A DNA stretch of 64,000 bases from an uncultured Gammaproteobacteria bacterium (GTDB taxonomy: Bacteria > Pseudomonadota > Gammaproteobacteria > Pseudomonadales > Pseudohongiellaceae), in assembly GCA_913058135.1 (NCBI GenBank), contig CAJXPR010000002.1, positions 12,119-76,118 on the forward strand, written 5' to 3'. Positions 10,401-18,214 of this stretch are shown piece after piece. The translations under genes were made by a program, and so were the position numbers. The notes under the pieces are model-generated. The model had not been told where the DNA came from. It saw only the letters and a list, made by a program, of their open reading frames with translations, and ran no database searches. Every line of letters starts with the position of its first letter. Position 1 is the first letter of the stretch.

Positions 10401-10698
10401 TGACTACCGTGCGACCGTTGGCAGTCACCCGGTAAGGTCCGCCGACGGACAGGTTGGTTGCATAAAAAGCACCGGATTCATTGGTCTGCAGCGTACGAGT
10501 AGCGCCAGTTCGGGTGTCTTCGATGACAATGGTAGTGTTGGCTTGTGGGGAGCCGTCCGTACCATTGATACGGCCACGAATGGCCGATGTCATGTCCTGT
10601 GCAAATGTAGGCGCAGACAGGCCGATGCCTAGCCCCAGGGCCAGCAAGATCGAGCTTGCCAGCGCCTTTTTCTTTAACTTTCTGGTAGATGAATACAT
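7477..10698 (-). CDS. TonB-dependent outer-membrane receptor, Oar-like, with an N-terminal carboxypeptidase-regulatory-like domain
   Basis: Signal peptide ...LSAPTFA|QD. CarboxypepD_reg-like GRINGTDGSPQANTTIVIEDTRTGATRTLQTNESGAFYATNLSVGGPYRVTA. About 1070 aa of beta-barrel ending ...RLGIQFEF (terminal aromatic residue). Start taken at MYSSTRKLKKK. Confidence 0.9.
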   Translation of the reverse strand: MYSSTRKLKKKALASSILLALGLGIGLSAPTFAQDMTSAIRGRINGTDGSPQANTTIVIEDTRTGATRTLQTNESGAFYATNLSVGGPYRVTANGRTVVIDSIALGDIYNVSIDMNTAPVEEIMVFGRSGNIVDVASGPAATYSTSDLETSVAFDRDIKDVFIYDPRLNLDSDSAINCVGKHPRYNSVSLDGVSQNDRFGLNSNGYSTATGMPFPFEAVSQVAVELAPFDVTYGGFTACNINAVTKSGGNDFTGTAFYEYNNQDMRGDSLTVDGDESTFSSPDFKEEKRGFSLGGPLVRDRLFIFGAYEETETPEFIAQGFAGSGNGVERPWLSQSDFNRISDIASNLYAYDGGGMPSDGAQTEEKYMLRMDWNISEQHDATVIYNYYDGIEDRASDSDSNEFEFANHFYRKGSESETVTFKLSSQWNSALSTDLFISRNTMDDSQVTVGPQDFAEMQIYMGSNTVYLGADDSRQANSLATESDFMKLTAEYLWNDHVITVGYERDDLFVFNQFLQHARGGEYRFEDLSANNPASCDSLTALGRQADPACGLTGIDHFELGIPTDIFYGSGGGTNNPDDAAASFSNVLNTVYVQDEFRLDDYALTLVAGLRYDWFTSDDRPKFNQTFTDLNGGLRNDSNVDGLDLLMPRLGFTWEAADDLTVRGGLGLYSGGNPNVWLSNAWSNDGLSNVQVRDRNNGNLSVLGDYVLSGSQRPGYDVPQALRDQVAATTAASASNSFLVLIDPSYEQPSEWKFALGATYLLPTGTTLEGDYLYSVANDPAFYVDVAQDVVNTTTAGQPIYANVRGQSNYMLTNSSESPKSHSLSLLARQTYDWGLDWTFGYAYTQAEDLSPMTSSVAGSNFTNLALSDINNPSAGTSNYETPHRFTARVSYGREFLPGYETRATVQWFRAKGQPQSYVMSSRGLEGSNSSNRRHLLYVPGPNDPNVVVGPNFDVAAFSDFVDANGLSQGFQTRNDFYSRWTSRMDLRLDQELPVFFSGANARVYVKVYNLLNMINDEWGHQYDAQFFSPDVVTQSLNDQGQYVFERFNARSVSDLQETQSLWQVRLGIQFEF

Positions 10699-10802
10699 AC
10701 CCGCTCCCTTGCAGAGTGATGACTGAGGAAGCAACTGTAGGGGATGTATGCGACAGGAGAGTGAAGGATTTGTGGCAGTGACGTGACGTGACGCCCATAA
10801 TC

Positions 10803-10830
10803 AAAAAGGCCCCCGCATCTAAACGGGGAC
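10803..10830 (-). terminator. Rho-independent terminator candidate downstream of the 10872..11246 gene
   Basis: Minus strand reads GTCCCCG-tttagatg-CGGGGGC followed by C-TTTTT. The stem is 7 bp including one G.U pair. Confidence 0.45.
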
Positions 10831-10871
10831 CCGGGGGTGTGCTATTAACGAGTGCAAACTGAGACTGAGGC

Positions 10872-11246
10872 TCAATTCAGGGTATCAACTTCAACCCTTA
10901 GAAAGGTATTGGGTTCCAGTGATTCGGCGGGCTCCAGATAGACTTCCATCGCTTCGACCCGCATACAGTCACCCGGAGCAACTGTTGCTGTTTTGTCGTC
11001 ATATTCGATACTCATAGGCGTCACTATCGCACTATCTCCAGCACAAACCCTGACAATGCGCTCACGGTTGTACGACACCACCTGTTTGCGGTCGTCTTCA
11101 AAAAACAGATATTCGTCCGCATCCGCATGCATGCGTGCCTCGTACTCCAGTATAGATCCGGTTCCCGGCTGCGCGGATACCGGCACGGCAACAAAGGCCG
11201 TGACACAAGCTGCCAGCAGTGATTTTAGCGGAATGGATGTACACAT
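10872..11246 (-). CDS. Exported hypothetical protein (124 aa, 4 Cys in the mature part)
   Basis: ATG at 11246 with AGGAGG 6 nt upstream. Signal peptide MCTSIPLKSLLAACVTAFVAVPVSA|QP. No family recognised. Confidence 0.55.
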   Translation of the reverse strand: MCTSIPLKSLLAACVTAFVAVPVSAQPGTGSILEYEARMHADADEYLFFEDDRKQVVSYNRERIVRVCAGDSAIVTPMSIEYDDKTATVAPGDCMRVEAMEVYLEPAESLEPNTFLRVEVDTLN

Positions 11247-11460
11247 AATGTCCCTCCTTTCCATGGCGTTAATCCATGTTAACTACCTGATGGATTTAAA
11301 CGGCTGAGAATTTATTCGTTGCTACTCAACCATATAAACAGCGTAAATGCTCAGGCTCCGAACTTCAAGGGTGTATGGACGAACAGTAACGTGCAGATAG
11401 TCATTCAAAGTCGTAACCCGTTTACAGCAATTTCCGGGATTAGCCTTGTATCACGAATCC

Positions 11461-12243
11461 TTAGTAGTGACCCAGCACATTCAGCGACTTGGCTTTTGCC
11501 TCAAACCGCTTAAAGGTAAACACCCCGAGCAACAGGTAAAACAGTGACGTCACAAAGATCAACCCATACCACGCGAGTGGCAGTTCTGCCTGCTGTGTCA
11601 CAAGCTGGTTGACCCCGCTCGCCGCTGCAGTGAAAGGAAGCAAGGACATGCTATTGAAGGGGTATGCCGGTAAACTGACCAAGGCAATCAGCGCAAACTG
11701 CATAATGCTGGAAACTGCCTCCACTCGCTTGTGCACCAGGGCAATGCCGGCGATAGCAAATCCCAGCCCCTGTACCGCCGGCAAACCCAATACGATGAGC
11801 AACAGACTTTGCCCATAGGGAATCTGCAACCAGCGGTCTGTGCTAAGCATGGCCAGAAGCAGCAGTACTGAGTTAAATACAATGGCAGTGATGACGCCTG
11901 CTCCCATGCGCACGATCAATAGCCGGCATATCCCCGCCGGCGCCATAAACAGCTGCTCCAGTGTGCCCTGCTTGGCCTCATCAATAATGGCATTGGCGCT
12001 CCCGGTGTACGCCAGCAGCGCAAACATCCACATGATGTAGCCGACAATAACGGCGTCCAGTGTATCTGTGGTCAGGCCATCACCCATGAAGGTTCGCAAC
12101 CCCATGAACACCACCAGGAACAGCAGGAAAACGGCAATTAGACCTACCACTGTGTCAAACAGATAACGTCGCATCATGACGAGCGCAAACCAGGCTTCGT
12201 TGACACAGGTCAGCCACCAAAATTTGATCCCGGTTGTTTTCAT
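11461..12243 (-). CDS. ABC-2 type transporter permease
   Basis: Six hydrophobic segments, with a 4-nt overlap (12240..12243) with the upstream ATPase gene. Confidence 0.8.
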   Translation of the reverse strand: MKTTGIKFWWLTCVNEAWFALVMMRRYLFDTVVGLIAVFLLFLVVFMGLRTFMGDGLTTDTLDAVIVGYIMWMFALLAYTGSANAIIDEAKQGTLEQLFMAPAGICRLLIVRMGAGVITAIVFNSVLLLLAMLSTDRWLQIPYGQSLLLIVLGLPAVQGLGFAIAGIALVHKRVEAVSSIMQFALIALVSLPAYPFNSMSLLPFTAAASGVNQLVTQQAELPLAWYGLIFVTSLFYLLLGVFTFKRFEAKAKSLNVLGHY

Positions 12244-13262
12244 GATATTTTCCCTGCTTCGGCGGTTTCGGCAGGCCCTTTGGTGGGCGCTTGGGCAGGT
12301 TCATTGGCAGGGTCCCCCTGCACGGCATGGACAAAGATGTCCTCAAGCGTATCGCTGCTGACATTGATATCGGTGAGCACAGCGCCACAATGAGTCAGAG
12401 CGTTCAGGCTCGAGGACAATAGCAACAGATCATGGGTCCGCAGACTGAGTTGTGAGGAGTTTTCCGATTCTTCGACGGCCCAGCCGTCCTGTTGCAACGT
12501 GCGTTTTACGTCAGGCGAAAGGCAACCCTGAACCTGCAACAGGAATGTCTTTTGCGGCGCGTACCGGCTACGTAGTTCTGCAACGGAATTTTCCGAAACA
12601 ATTTCGCCGCGATACAGGATCACCACGCGATCGCAGATGGCCTCGATAAAGTCCATATCATGCGATGTAATCATCATGGCACTTTGACCACTGTCCACCA
12701 CGGTTCGCAACCAGCTTTTCATGCCACGGACCATATCCACATCCAGGCCCAATGTAGGTTCGTCAAGCAGAATCAAACACGGCCGATGCACCAACGCACA
12801 GGCAATGGCGACTTTCTGTTGATTGCCTTTGGATAACATCCTCACTTCCTGATCGCGGTATTCGCTCAGGGCAAGTATTGTAATCAACTCTTCGGCGCGC
12901 AGTTTTGCATCTTTGCGACCCACGCCTTTCAGGCCAGCAAAATAAACGATATTTTCGCTCGGCGTTAAGCGCCAGTAAACGTTGCGTGCACCTTCCAATA
13001 CGGCGCCAATGTGCTGCTTCAACGATCGCTGATCGGTGGCCGCGACGTCACGGTTCAACCGTATTTCCCCGGCGTCAACGCCAGTAAGACCACAGATGGA
13101 TTTTAAGGTCGTGGTCTTGCCCGAACCGTTGGGCCCAAGCACACCGACTATTTCTCCGCCACCCACGGTAAAACTGATGTTATTGACTGCCTTAAAGGTC
13201 TCCCCTTTACGGGAATATGTCTTGGTAAGGCCACTAACCTGCAGCACCGTGGTCATTTGCAC
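12240..13262 (-). CDS. ABC transporter ATP-binding protein (ABC-2/DrrA-like, with a C-terminal accessory domain)
   Basis: Walker A GPNGSGKTT, signature LSKGNQQKV, Walker B LILLDEPT. GTG start with AAGGAG 7 nt upstream. Confidence 0.9.
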   Translation of the reverse strand: MQMTTVLQVSGLTKTYSRKGETFKAVNNISFTVGGGEIVGVLGPNGSGKTTTLKSICGLTGVDAGEIRLNRDVAATDQRSLKQHIGAVLEGARNVYWRLTPSENIVYFAGLKGVGRKDAKLRAEELITILALSEYRDQEVRMLSKGNQQKVAIACALVHRPCLILLDEPTLGLDVDMVRGMKSWLRTVVDSGQSAMMITSHDMDFIEAICDRVVILYRGEIVSENSVAELRSRYAPQKTFLLQVQGCLSPDVKRTLQQDGWAVEESENSSQLSLRTHDLLLLSSSLNALTHCGAVLTDINVSSDTLEDIFVHAVQGDPANEPAQAPTKGPAETAEAGKIS

Positions 13263-13280
13263 AATCTCTCTCCTTGGACA

Positions 13281-13308
13281 TTGACAGTCAGGCTAGTCGC
13301 ATTATGAT
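13281..13308 (+). promoter_or_regulatory. Sigma70-like promoter candidate for the 13405 regulator gene
   Basis: TTGACA (13281-86), 16-nt spacer, TATGAT (13303-08). Downstream palindrome GTATCA-ctttt-TGATAC (13345-61) plus a third GATAC half-site at 13324-29. Confidence 0.3.
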
Positions 13309-13404
13309 GACGGTTCAATAACAGATACTGTAAATAAATTTCAAGTATCACTTTTTGATACCTAATCTGACGGTTTTCGGGTGGATTAGCCGGAGAAAAA
13401 GCAA

Positions 13405-14166
13405 ATGAACAGCACGCTTGTCAGGAATTGCCTGCTGGAAATCAAGCAACAGCTTAAACGTAAAGGGATTGCTTACGCAGATATTGCTGAGCGCATGGAG
13501 CTCTCGGAGATCACTGTGAAACGCATGCTCAACCAGGATGACATTAGCGTCGGCAGACTAACCGTGCTGGCCGAAGCGGCGGGTTTTTCCATGTCTAAAT
13601 TAATAGGTATAGCCGAGGCAAAACTACCTGAGGTGAAATGTTTCACCTCGCATCAGGACGAGGCATTTGTTCGGCACCCACACCTTTTCCAATACTTCAT
13701 GAAGTTGCAGGAACACGACAAATCACCGGAGACGGTAGCCCGACTGTTCAACCTCGACGATCTGTCCACCTACCTGTATCTGCGCAAGCTGGAAGACCTG
13801 GGCCTGATTGAGCTGCATGAGGGCAACCGGGTAAAAATGCCCGGCGTCCTGATGACTTTTGCCCCGGACAGCCAGTTTATTCGAAAAGGTGTTGCCTGGA
13901 GCCTGGAACAAGCTACAAAAGCACTGTTAGGCCAAAAAGATGAGACGTCCGATCTGTCGATATTGTTCCTACCAGCAAAACACTGTGAAGAACTCGTGCA
14001 GGACATTGAAAAAGTGTTCCTGCGGTTCGCTGATCGCTACGGTGACGCGTACTGGGGAGATCTATGGACAGGGGACATCAGGCAGTTGGTCACGTTTAGC
14101 TATGCGGTAAAAAGCAAATATCCCGAATATGAGATTATCAGGGTTAAAGACGGTGATTTGAAATAA
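13405..14166 (+). CDS. Helix-turn-helix transcriptional regulator (Xre-like N-terminal HTH plus an internal winged-helix-like segment)
   Basis: IAYADIAERMELSEITVKRMLNQDD (HTH) and LSTYLYLRKLEDLGLIELHEGN. Divergent from the ABC-2 operon. Confidence 0.7.
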   Translation: MNSTLVRNCLLEIKQQLKRKGIAYADIAERMELSEITVKRMLNQDDISVGRLTVLAEAAGFSMSKLIGIAEAKLPEVKCFTSHQDEAFVRHPHLFQYFMKLQEHDKSPETVARLFNLDDLSTYLYLRKLEDLGLIELHEGNRVKMPGVLMTFAPDSQFIRKGVAWSLEQATKALLGQKDETSDLSILFLPAKHCEELVQDIEKVFLRFADRYGDAYWGDLWTGDIRQLVTFSYAVKSKYPEYEIIRVKDGDLK

Positions 14167-14177
14167 TTGCAAGTGCG

Positions 14178-14441
14178 CTAACGGGCTTTATACACGACCG
14201 ATCTATGAGCTACCTTCACCACCTGGACGATCAGCTCAAAGTCTCTGATCTCATAAATTATTCGGTACAGCCCCACTCTGGCCCGGTAACGTTCCTGTGC
14301 GGACAGTTTAGAGCAGCCGTTGCCTCTGGGATCATCGGCTAGCTCGTTGATTCGGGCCAGAATACGCTGAACGTCAGTGTTGGCTATTTTGCGTAGATCT
14401 TTTGTCACAGATCTTTTAAACGTGACTTTATATCTTGCCAT
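14178..14441 (-). CDS. Type II toxin, RelE/ParE family
   Basis: MARYKVTFKRSVTKDLRKI...RARVGLYRIIYEIRDFELIVQVVKVAHRSVVY is the typical RelE/ParE architecture. It overlaps the upstream antitoxin gene by 14 nt. Confidence 0.85.
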   Translation of the reverse strand: MARYKVTFKRSVTKDLRKIANTDVQRILARINELADDPRGNGCSKLSAQERYRARVGLYRIIYEIRDFELIVQVVKVAHRSVVYKAR

Positions 14442-14661
14442 GCTTTTTCAGATCTTTGAGCAAGGCTTCGTAAGATATTTCCGGCTCTTTTACTCGTGCC
14501 TCAAAAGCAGCGAGATCTTCCTGATCTTCGGCAAGTTGCGCACGCAACGCGTCGTCAATAATTTCTGACACGGACAATTGCGAGGATGCCGCTTTAATGC
14601 GCAATGCCTGATGTATATCAGGATCGAAGTAAACGGTAGATCTTTTGGATAGTGTGGCCAT
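14428..14661 (-). CDS. Type II antitoxin, ribbon-helix-helix (CopG/ParD-like)
   Basis: MATLSKRSTVYFDPDIHQALRIKAASSQLSVSEIIDDALRAQL is an RHH motif. ATG at 14661 with GGAG 9 nt upstream. Confidence 0.75.
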   Translation of the reverse strand: MATLSKRSTVYFDPDIHQALRIKAASSQLSVSEIIDDALRAQLAEDQEDLAAFEARVKEPEISYEALLKDLKKHGKI

Positions 14662-14730
14662 GGGGTATTTCTCCATCGGGAATGACGACATCATAGCGTT
14701 GTGATGCTAAATCATCAAGACGTTGTCCGA

Positions 14731-14994
14731 TCATAGCATCAATAGCTGACGCAGCGCCGCAGCCTGCCAGCGAGACACTTCGATCTCGCGACCATCGGTC
14801 AACCTGATATGTAGACCGTCATTTATCCATGGCTCGATTGTTTCCACATAGTCCAGATTGACGATGTGTTGGCGACTGACACGGAAAAACGTCCTTTCGT
14901 CCAGACGGACATTCAGGTAGCTGAGCGCATGCGGCATCATGGCGTGACGACCCTGATAGTAGATGCGAGTGTAGTTGCCATCGACTTCAAACAA
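14731..14994 (-). pseudogene. LytTR DNA-binding domain remnant (N-terminally truncated; no receiver or sensor part)
   Basis: EVDGNYTRIYYQGR...LSYLNVRLDERTFFRVSRQHIVNLDYVETIEPWINDGLHIRLTDGREIEVSRWQAAALRQLL matches the LytTR consensus from its second strand onward. The frame opens only 4 codons upstream (TAA) and offers only a TTG start. The isochorismatase stop lies 41 nt away. Confidence 0.5.
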
Positions 14995-15035
14995 CTCCCG
15001 TTTTTGTTATCGTCATTTATAAGACAACGATCTCC

Positions 15036-15593
15036 TCATACGACCAGCCTGAGCACCTCCGAAGTCGTCATGATGCCGGCGTACTCACCGTCCAGGTTGG
15101 CCAGCGACATGGCATGAACGTCATCTGCAGAGCGCAGGACACCTGCGTAATCCATTTTGGCAAAGGTAAACGTTGCATCCGATACGACAATTGTCTGAAA
15201 ACCGAGATTGCCTGCGGTGCGCGCGGTGGACTCAACCGAGTTGCTGGTGCTGACACCTACAATCACCAGTTGCTGAATGCCACGCGCATGAAGCCATCGT
15301 TCCAGCCGGGTATGCGCAAACGCATCAGGAACATTTTTTTCTACTACATGTTCTGCAGCCATAGGCGCCAGCTCCTCCTGGAACTCTGCCCCGGATTGCC
15401 CAGGCCAGAAAGGTGAACCGGGCGTCCGCGAAATATGACGCACATGCACAACGGTTTGATGAGCGTTGCGCCACGCTGACAGAAGCGCCAGTATATTTCG
15501 CTCGGCGACAGGATTATTGCGCTCATCGGCGGCAGTGTCTGCCATGCCCTTTTGCATATCAATAACAATCAGGGCCGTAGGTTTGGAGTTCAT
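15036..15593 (-). CDS. Isochorismatase-family cysteine hydrolase
   Basis: ALIVIDMQKG..., LVIVGVSTSNSVESTARTA (catalytic-Cys-type region) and VVSDA are typical of the family. Confidence 0.85.
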   Translation of the reverse strand: MNSKPTALIVIDMQKGMADTAADERNNPVAERNILALLSAWRNAHQTVVHVRHISRTPGSPFWPGQSGAEFQEELAPMAAEHVVEKNVPDAFAHTRLERWLHARGIQQLVIVGVSTSNSVESTARTAGNLGFQTIVVSDATFTFAKMDYAGVLRSADDVHAMSLANLDGEYAGIMTTSEVLRLVV

Positions 15594-15602
15594 AAGCCAA
15601 TT

Positions 15603-16061
15603 TCATCCATTGTCAGGGCTATCGGGCTCGACCAGGCGGGCAAGCTGTAGCAGCGACTCCTGCCAGCCCAGATAACACATCTCCTCCGGTATAACGGCGG
15701 GGATCCCTTCCTGAATAATATGTAATTCTGTGCCACACGACACCGGCCTAAAATCGATGGTCACGGTCATTTCGCCGGGCAGATTCCCATCATCGAATCG
15801 ATCTGTGTGCCTGATACGCTCATTGGGCACCAGCTCTACGAACTTCACGGTAAAAGAATGACTACTACCGGAACCGAAATTGGTGAATGACATGCGGTAA
15901 CCGCCGCCCACGCGCATGTCCATCTCATGCACGGTGCCGGTAAAGCCGTACGGCGGCAGCCAGTATTCCAGCGCGTGTTTGTCCGTAAATGCCCTGTATA
16001 CGCGCTCGGCGGGGGCGCGAAGCACACGTTGTAAGCGGACAGTACCCGTTTCTTTACTCAT
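15603..16061 (-). CDS. SRPBCC-superfamily protein (AHSA1/START-like)
   Basis: RVLRAPAERVYRAFTDKHALEYWLPPYGFTGTVHEMDMRVGGGYRMSF... is the typical Aha1-like bacterial domain. Confidence 0.8.
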   Translation of the reverse strand: MSKETGTVRLQRVLRAPAERVYRAFTDKHALEYWLPPYGFTGTVHEMDMRVGGGYRMSFTNFGSGSSHSFTVKFVELVPNERIRHTDRFDDGNLPGEMTVTIDFRPVSCGTELHIIQEGIPAVIPEEMCYLGWQESLLQLARLVEPDSPDNG

Positions 16062-16163
16062 GAGAGTCTCCCTTTTTTTGCTGATATACGCTTAGTCGAG
16101 TGACAGCGGCATGATTCGACATAGACCCGTCACCCAATTTCCACGAAAGGTACTCACCTGTCC

Positions 16164-16760
16164 TCAATCTTCCGCTTCGGGCGCCCGTAAAGCTTTACTG
16201 TAAAAGCCAGACGGGTCAAAACAACAAACGCGGCGCTTACCGGCAGCCAATTGCTCGCAGGCGTTACTTATGCGTTTGGCTCTTGTTCTTGCCTGCTTGG
16301 CACTGACAATCCAGTGTATCCAGTCTACCCGGGCGATTGTTGTTGTATCGTCCCACGCAGCCCTTGCTTCGGGCGCAGCGGCCAGCGCCGCCTGGAAGTC
16401 AACGGGAATCACCGGTTCAGGCTCATGCTCTACCGGTTTGACCGTAAACGTTGCCTCCTCGCCAATGGTAGCGCCTGAACGCTCGAGAACTTTATCGTCC
16501 AACGGTAACCAATGGCTCAGTCTACCATCGGGCTCAAGCGTCACCCTGAAGGCTTCGTCATTGATGGTCCCATCTACGGTTGTTCTGCCCCGACGAGGAA
16601 GCGTTTCGCTAACATCCCTGGGCAATACCACAAAGGCTCGGAATGAATTCCTGTCCGAATCGACAGGGCGCAACAGTCGGGCGTTAAATGTCGAGGTTGC
16701 TTTGCTCTGGCTCACAGTTCTATCCCAAATAACCGAATTGACTCCACGATCGTGATCCAA
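16164..16760 (-). CDS. DUF1905 plus YdeI/OmpD-associated domain protein
   Basis: FRAFVVLPRDVSETLPRRGRTTVDGTINDEAFRVTLEPDGRLSHWLPL (DUF1905-like), then PVDFQAALAAAPEARAAWDDTTTIARVDWIHWIVSAKQARTRAKRI (YdeI-like). Start uncertain. Confidence 0.7.
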   Translation of the reverse strand: MDHDRGVNSVIWDRTVSQSKATSTFNARLLRPVDSDRNSFRAFVVLPRDVSETLPRRGRTTVDGTINDEAFRVTLEPDGRLSHWLPLDDKVLERSGATIGEEATFTVKPVEHEPEPVIPVDFQAALAAAPEARAAWDDTTTIARVDWIHWIVSAKQARTRAKRISNACEQLAAGKRRVCCFDPSGFYSKALRAPEAED

Positions 16761-16895
16761 TGACGACTCGTAAAACGCAGGAAGTATATTTTCAGCGGGT
16801 ACTTCCCTTATTTCAATTACCTGCTAATCTTTCTGCTGTGTCAACCTCAGATCCCGCTCGGGACCAGAGCTTGAACGGAAACCGGAGCGATACCC

Positions 16896-16997
16896 ATGAA
16901 AGAGCAAAAAAGCGTCAAGGAAACCAAGAAAAAGCCCCTTTTAAACCCCAAGGAAAAAAAAGCTGCCAAGAAAGAGAAGCAGGCAAGCAAAAAATGA
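16896..16997 (+). CDS. Candidate small lysine-rich protein (33 aa)
   Basis: ATG at 16896 with GGAG 9 nt upstream; MKEQKSVKETKKKPLLNPKEKKAAKKEKQASKK. It is too short for the ORF track. The overlapping 86-aa ORF (16760..17020) looks non-coding. Confidence 0.3.
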   Translation: MKEQKSVKETKKKPLLNPKEKKAAKKEKQASKK

Positions 16998-17016
16998 TTT
17001 GCAGTTTGTTGGTTTC

Positions 17017-17577
17017 CTAATGCGCCTGGATAATAAACCGTTGAATGATTTCCCCGTCCTCTTCGATTTCTGAGTCCAGCGTGCCGCCATTTGCTTTGAT
17101 CATCCGGGCGGACGCCTGGTTGTGCTTATGGCAATGTATGTGTATCTGCTCGATACCCATCTCAGCTGCTTTGGCAACGGACAGTTGCATTAACAGCGTC
17201 CCCAGCCCTTTTCCCCGATAGCTCGGTCTGATACCCAATCCGATATGGCCACCGGCGTGCCGGATCCGGTCATTCAGATAGTGCCGAAGATTGGTGACGC
17301 CAACTATTTCGTCGCCATCGATCAGCCAGTAGGTTGTCGCTGCAACAAATCCATCCGGGAGATCGACACCACACCGGAAGCTGTCAATCCGGGTGAGCAT
17401 CGCAGAAAAGTCGCCATGGTCAAAATCCAGAGGAAACGGATAACGCTCCTCATCGCCCAGCTCGTAAATATAGGTTCTGTAACTTTCTTCGTATTCTACA
17501 CCCGGAAGTAGCAACTGCACTTGTATTACGCTCTTTTGCGGGCAACGATGAACACGGATCCCTTGGCGGGCGCCCAT
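17017..17577 (-). CDS. GNAT-family N-acetyltransferase
   Basis: IGLGIRPSYRGKGLGTLLMQLSVAKAAEMG matches the acetyl-CoA-binding motif (Q/R-x-x-G-x-G/A). The start is uncertain: GTG at 17520 would avoid overlap with the upstream gene. Confidence 0.8.
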   Translation of the reverse strand: MGARQGIRVHRCPQKSVIQVQLLLPGVEYEESYRTYIYELGDEERYPFPLDFDHGDFSAMLTRIDSFRCGVDLPDGFVAATTYWLIDGDEIVGVTNLRHYLNDRIRHAGGHIGLGIRPSYRGKGLGTLLMQLSVAKAAEMGIEQIHIHCHKHNQASARMIKANGGTLDSEIEEDGEIIQRFIIQAH

Positions 17578-18146
17578 TCCCGGTCGATACTGAAGCCGGC
17601 ACCGGTCAGGCTGCTGACCAGCTCCTGCCGACTAAATCGATTCACGTGCGGAGCAAAACCCAGAAGCTGCATACCGGGAATCAACATCCGCCAGAGCACA
17701 CTGATTTCTCCGATCAGAGCCGTGCTCGAAACAAAAATTCCATCCGGCTTCAGCAGTTCATGGGTTCTTGATATAGCCGCATCCAGGTCTTGCAGAAGAT
17801 GCAATATATTGAGGCCCAAAATGGCATCAAAGCTGGCTGGCTGCAACGCCAGGCTGTCAAGGGTACCCTGCCGGTAGCTGATATTTTTTATCCCTGCGCC
17901 GTCTGTCTTGTGCCTGGCAATGTCAAGCATCTTGTCAGATATATCTGTCGCCAGGTAGTGCTGCACGTGAGGCGCATGCAGAATAGCCGTGCTGCCTGTC
18001 CCGCAGCCAAACTCCAATACCGACCAGTCGGGTTTAAAGTACGCCTGCGTGACCTCGAGTTTTTTCCGATAATTTTTCTCGTCCCGAATCGGGCTTTTGG
18101 CGTAACGCGGCGCAAGTTTGTTCCAGAATTCTCTGGGCTCTTTCAC
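17526..18146 (-). CDS. Class I SAM-dependent methyltransferase
   Basis: Motif I VLEFGCGTGS and post-I LATDISDKML. Confidence 0.85.
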   Translation of the reverse strand: MKEPREFWNKLAPRYAKSPIRDEKNYRKKLEVTQAYFKPDWSVLEFGCGTGSTAILHAPHVQHYLATDISDKMLDIARHKTDGAGIKNISYRQGTLDSLALQPASFDAILGLNILHLLQDLDAAISRTHELLKPDGIFVSSTALIGEISVLWRMLIPGMQLLGFAPHVNRFSRQELVSSLTGAGFSIDREWAPAKGSVFIVARKRA

Positions 18147-18214
18147 GTGGTTTCCCCTGCCGTCTTTTTGCGATTCCCTCTTTGTATCAGAACTCCGGTT
18201 GCTGCGCCAGAAAT

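Noticed and set aside
10699-10871. Possible cobalamin riboswitch or Pho box upstream of the TonB-dependent receptor
   Set aside because: The leader is short, and half of it is the upstream gene's terminator. I could find no B12-box-like core and no CTGTCAT-N4-CTGTCAT repeat. Only the GTGAC pentamer array is reported.
16760-17020. 86-aa ORF in the DUF1905/GNAT gap
   Set aside because: It has no RBS and a low-complexity, non-protein-like translation. The A-rich tract is better explained by the short Lys-rich ORF in another frame, or as non-coding DNA.
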